64,000 bases of DNA from Catajapyx aquilonaris (taxonomy: Eukaryota), in assembly GCA_000934665.2 (NCBI GenBank), contig JYFJ02000468.1, positions 62,001-126,000 of the forward strand. The letters are read 5' to 3'. The notes beneath the pieces were generated by a model. The model saw only the letters and a program-made list of their open reading frames with translations. It did no database searches and was not told the origin of the DNA. The position numbers were made by a program, and so were the translations under genes. Below are positions 60,685-64,000 of the stretch, piece by piece (the first letter of the stretch is position 1; every line of letters begins with the position of its first letter).

Positions 60685-63600
60685 TATACGGCTGTAGTTT
60701 ATTGACCGATTGACCGATTAGTATAGTAGTTAATAATAATTATGACTATTCGTGTTGCATGCCATTTTTTCGGAATATTGTAAGAATGGGCTGCATCATA
60801 GTAAGTTATTGTAGGCCTACTGTAAAACGTCACGAGGTGACTCCGCATTAATTACTCCTGGTCAGATATTTGTTGTGCGAAGAATAAACTTGGACTATTA
60901 CCATGCATGCCAACGAACACTATACCTGAAGCTAATGGGCTGTGCTCTACTCGCTTCTGGAATTAAGCGATGACGAAACATGATAATAAATAGGATACTT
61001 GCTGCAAACTGCAAATCATATGGGTGCGCTGTAAACATCAACATGGATTTCATTTATTATATTCATACATACATACATACTCGCGCATGTTATTCACACC
61101 TGATGTATACTGCAATTTGTTAACTGCATTTTATACATTTTTATGGCAGTCATCAGATGCTTTTGGTAATGTACACTGCATAATGGAAGGATACATCAGA
61201 TTATGTCTAATCACTGGACTTCATTAATGCAGTTCTCCATTGCTCACGAACGTAAATCGTAATGATCTTATGGCATAGTGTTGTAGACGTATATGGAAAC
61301 TTACGCCGCGATATTTTTTTAAATCAAAAGCTTCACACCACTCGAAATAGTCTTCGCTTGGAGGAGAAACTGGCCATATTTCTGACATGGAATTCAATCA
61401 CTTGTAACAGATATGGTGGCATTCGATAATCGGCTCTAAGCCTATACTGACAGTAATAGTACTTGGCATTATTTACAAGGGCACGCAATAAAGAGCGTGC
61501 TTGAAAATCGATCACAGTGTTTCAATATGCTTTATCGAAGTACTCAGGTACTCTTAAGTACAATAAGTTAGAGGTAACTACACCTATAGACTTATAATAA
61601 GAAAGAAAACATCAATAACAAAAGATTACAAATAACTTATGGATATCGCTTAGGTATAGGGTACAGCAGTATTTTCAAGAGTATTTTTAAGTGCCATACC
61701 TTGCAATATTTTTAAGAATCTGTACAACGTCAGTACTTGGAGTATTCCCCTGCTACTAAGTAGCCTACTTTGTTACAGTGTAAATATGACTAGTGTTTGA
61801 CTTATTCTTGTATATGACACATGATAAGGATCACGGTAAGAATAAAATAGTAATAAATTCTCGCCTGTCGTATTTTAAAATTATATTCGATTTATAGTGG
61901 CTGACTTCAAGCAGAGCACATATCTGTCTGCCATAAGTTCAAGTTTTTAATAGGTTTCTAATAGCATTATAAAGTGGTGTCATTATCCGTCATATAATTA
62001 TTATCTGACCTTACAGATACAGTCACTATATTCACCTGGCCCTTATGCAGGTAAGCTAATATTATTGGCACGAGTATTTTTTGCCCAATTTTTAGGCAAC
62101 ATAGAAGTTTCCCTTCAAAATAAGTAAGATAAACTCAAATAGTAACATTAATTATTATTAATAAACTTGTAGACATGTCTATTGTTCATGCCGTCCGTAG
62201 ATATTTTATACCAAGCTGACCCTTGATATATAAGTTACCAAGCCACACTTCCTGAGATGTTATATATTTATCGGAAGAAGTTTTTGATCAAGTCATCTAC
62301 AATAATGATTTTTCTGTAAGTGCAAATACCTGTCCAAGATAAAACACAACACCAAACATTATTGAAAGGAGTTATTTTATATGCCCCCATTCTAAGCTGA
62401 GAAAGACGGAGTTGGGAAAGAAACAGAGACGCAGGCGCAATAAAAATCCCAATCATATTAAATGACAAAATTATATGCGTTTTATTCCGACAATGAATGA
62501 AAATACTTGTTGTGATTATTCATTGGGCAGATGTTAAATAAATTGTAATCTTCGTGTCTCATGATGTATTATTTCCACAAGCAAAAAACGTCTTTCGTCG
62601 TTCTAATTGCTTTTTCAGCATATGACGGAAGTAGGCCTACAATTATTTTTGTGCATTGGTTGGGTGAAAGAAATGGAAACACTTCTCTGCTGGCCAAAAT
62701 GACATAGAGTATAAGCCGAACTGTGCAAAGTACGGGTCATTATCTGCACCCAGCATTGATAAGAATTTCAAATAATGACGTTGCATACGACAATTGCTAG
62801 TTATTATTGGCGATTTAGTCAGTAGCCTACTATTTCCAGAGAGCCAATAGTAGTTGCATTACTCAGACACCGTATCTTTAGTCGCCGTCTATTTGCTCCC
62901 ATGTAACTGTATTATTTTTAACCGGCAGGAGTGTTTCTGTGAGTAAACAAGTAAAGACCGTTTCTTAACATTTATGTACCAGAGTATTCTAATGCTATAA
63001 GCTGGTAAAACTGTTGAGTAAACGTTCCTCAAAAAGTATAATTAAGTTATTTCAACCTTGCACAAAATTATGTTCCGCATTTATTCTGAGAAATCATCGT
63101 TGTTGCCACTATATTTTGCCAGCCTTCGAAACTGATAACATACTTATAATCTGACCAGAAAAAAAACAATATAGAAAATAATATTAGCATGCTGAATATT
63201 GTAAGAAACTATGTGAATGTGGATTTTATATGCAGTAATACTGCATATCTTCAGGGTTGCTTCGAAAAGTTCTCAGGAATTGGAAAGAATATTATTATGT
63301 ATTGGAAGACCGCATTCAATATTTTATATGTCATAACTACAGTATGATACTGTAGGTATATGCACTCATTCAACCTGAAGGACTTATATTAGGATTTACT
63401 TTTGACTTTGCAAGCTGACTTTCCATTATGTGTTCACAGGAACACTGGCACGGTATTCAGTTATCAATTCAAGTAATGTACTAAGACGACTAAAGCGTTT
63501 TCTCAATTGGTTCAGCAAATGGGGATAGTCAAAATCGGACATATTCAAGTATTTTGAGGCTTATTAGCTTGGTCTTTTGCACATAATCTTTCCTTGAAAG

Positions 63601-64000
63601 CTGCCCCAGTGTGGAACATTAGCAGCCAAGACCGATAATACGGGAATTCTGACGTTAATAATTAAAATGCTAACTGATTTGATTTGCGCAGTTGTACAGT
63701 TTACGCTTGTATAGTTTATGCCATGTGAAGCCCATTATCTCGGTAACCAGACCATGCAGGCCAAATTACTCTAACAGTAAGAGTGATCCTTTGGCCATTT
63801 TTTTCCAAGCATCATGTGTTTGCTTAATATTTGGCAATAGGAGTACCCACATTAGAGGTGCAAATAATCTTGAGTAATGCCTAATGTCAACAGGAAGTGT
63901 TTGATATGCCACTACCATAGGAAAAACGCAAGCTTGCACAAGTAGGCTACAGGGTGTACCCTAACCTCTTGAATAAAAAAAAGCCAGGCTGACAGTTTGA

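Noticed and set aside
60700..64000. Short ORFs in the AT-rich right end; TA-CAGGGTG at ~63948
   Set aside because: No splice-consistent exon chain or protein motif. The possible MITE end is cut off by the window edge.

Overview
Eukaryotic (invertebrate, probably arthropod) genomic DNA with many short GT-AG introns, not prokaryotic. The window is dominated by a tandem cluster of 14 histidine acid phosphatase genes (branch-2 HAP; prostatic/lysosomal acid phosphatase, ACP2/ACP3/Acph-1 family), labelled here AP1-AP14. They differ in C-terminal targeting (GPI-like tail, TM plus YxxPhi tail, no anchor), in catalytic motifs (HD vs HE, RHGxRxP vs RHGQKTP/RHGDRSV) and in intron content. Three unrelated genes are interspersed: an atypical intron-containing Hsp70 lacking EEVD, a SWSAP1-like Shu-complex RAD51 paralog, and a 13-exon ~1208-aa orphan gene with a 21-bp coding minisatellite. 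Introns and intergenic DNA hold many non-autonomous elements: Tc1/mariner- and pogo-like MITEs and foldbacks, a Merlin-like element with an 8-bp TSD, hAT- and piggyBac-like MITEs, tRNA-derived SINEs, and a possible P-type excision footprint. All gene models were assembled by eye from splice signals, frame continuity and paralog alignment. No database search was run.
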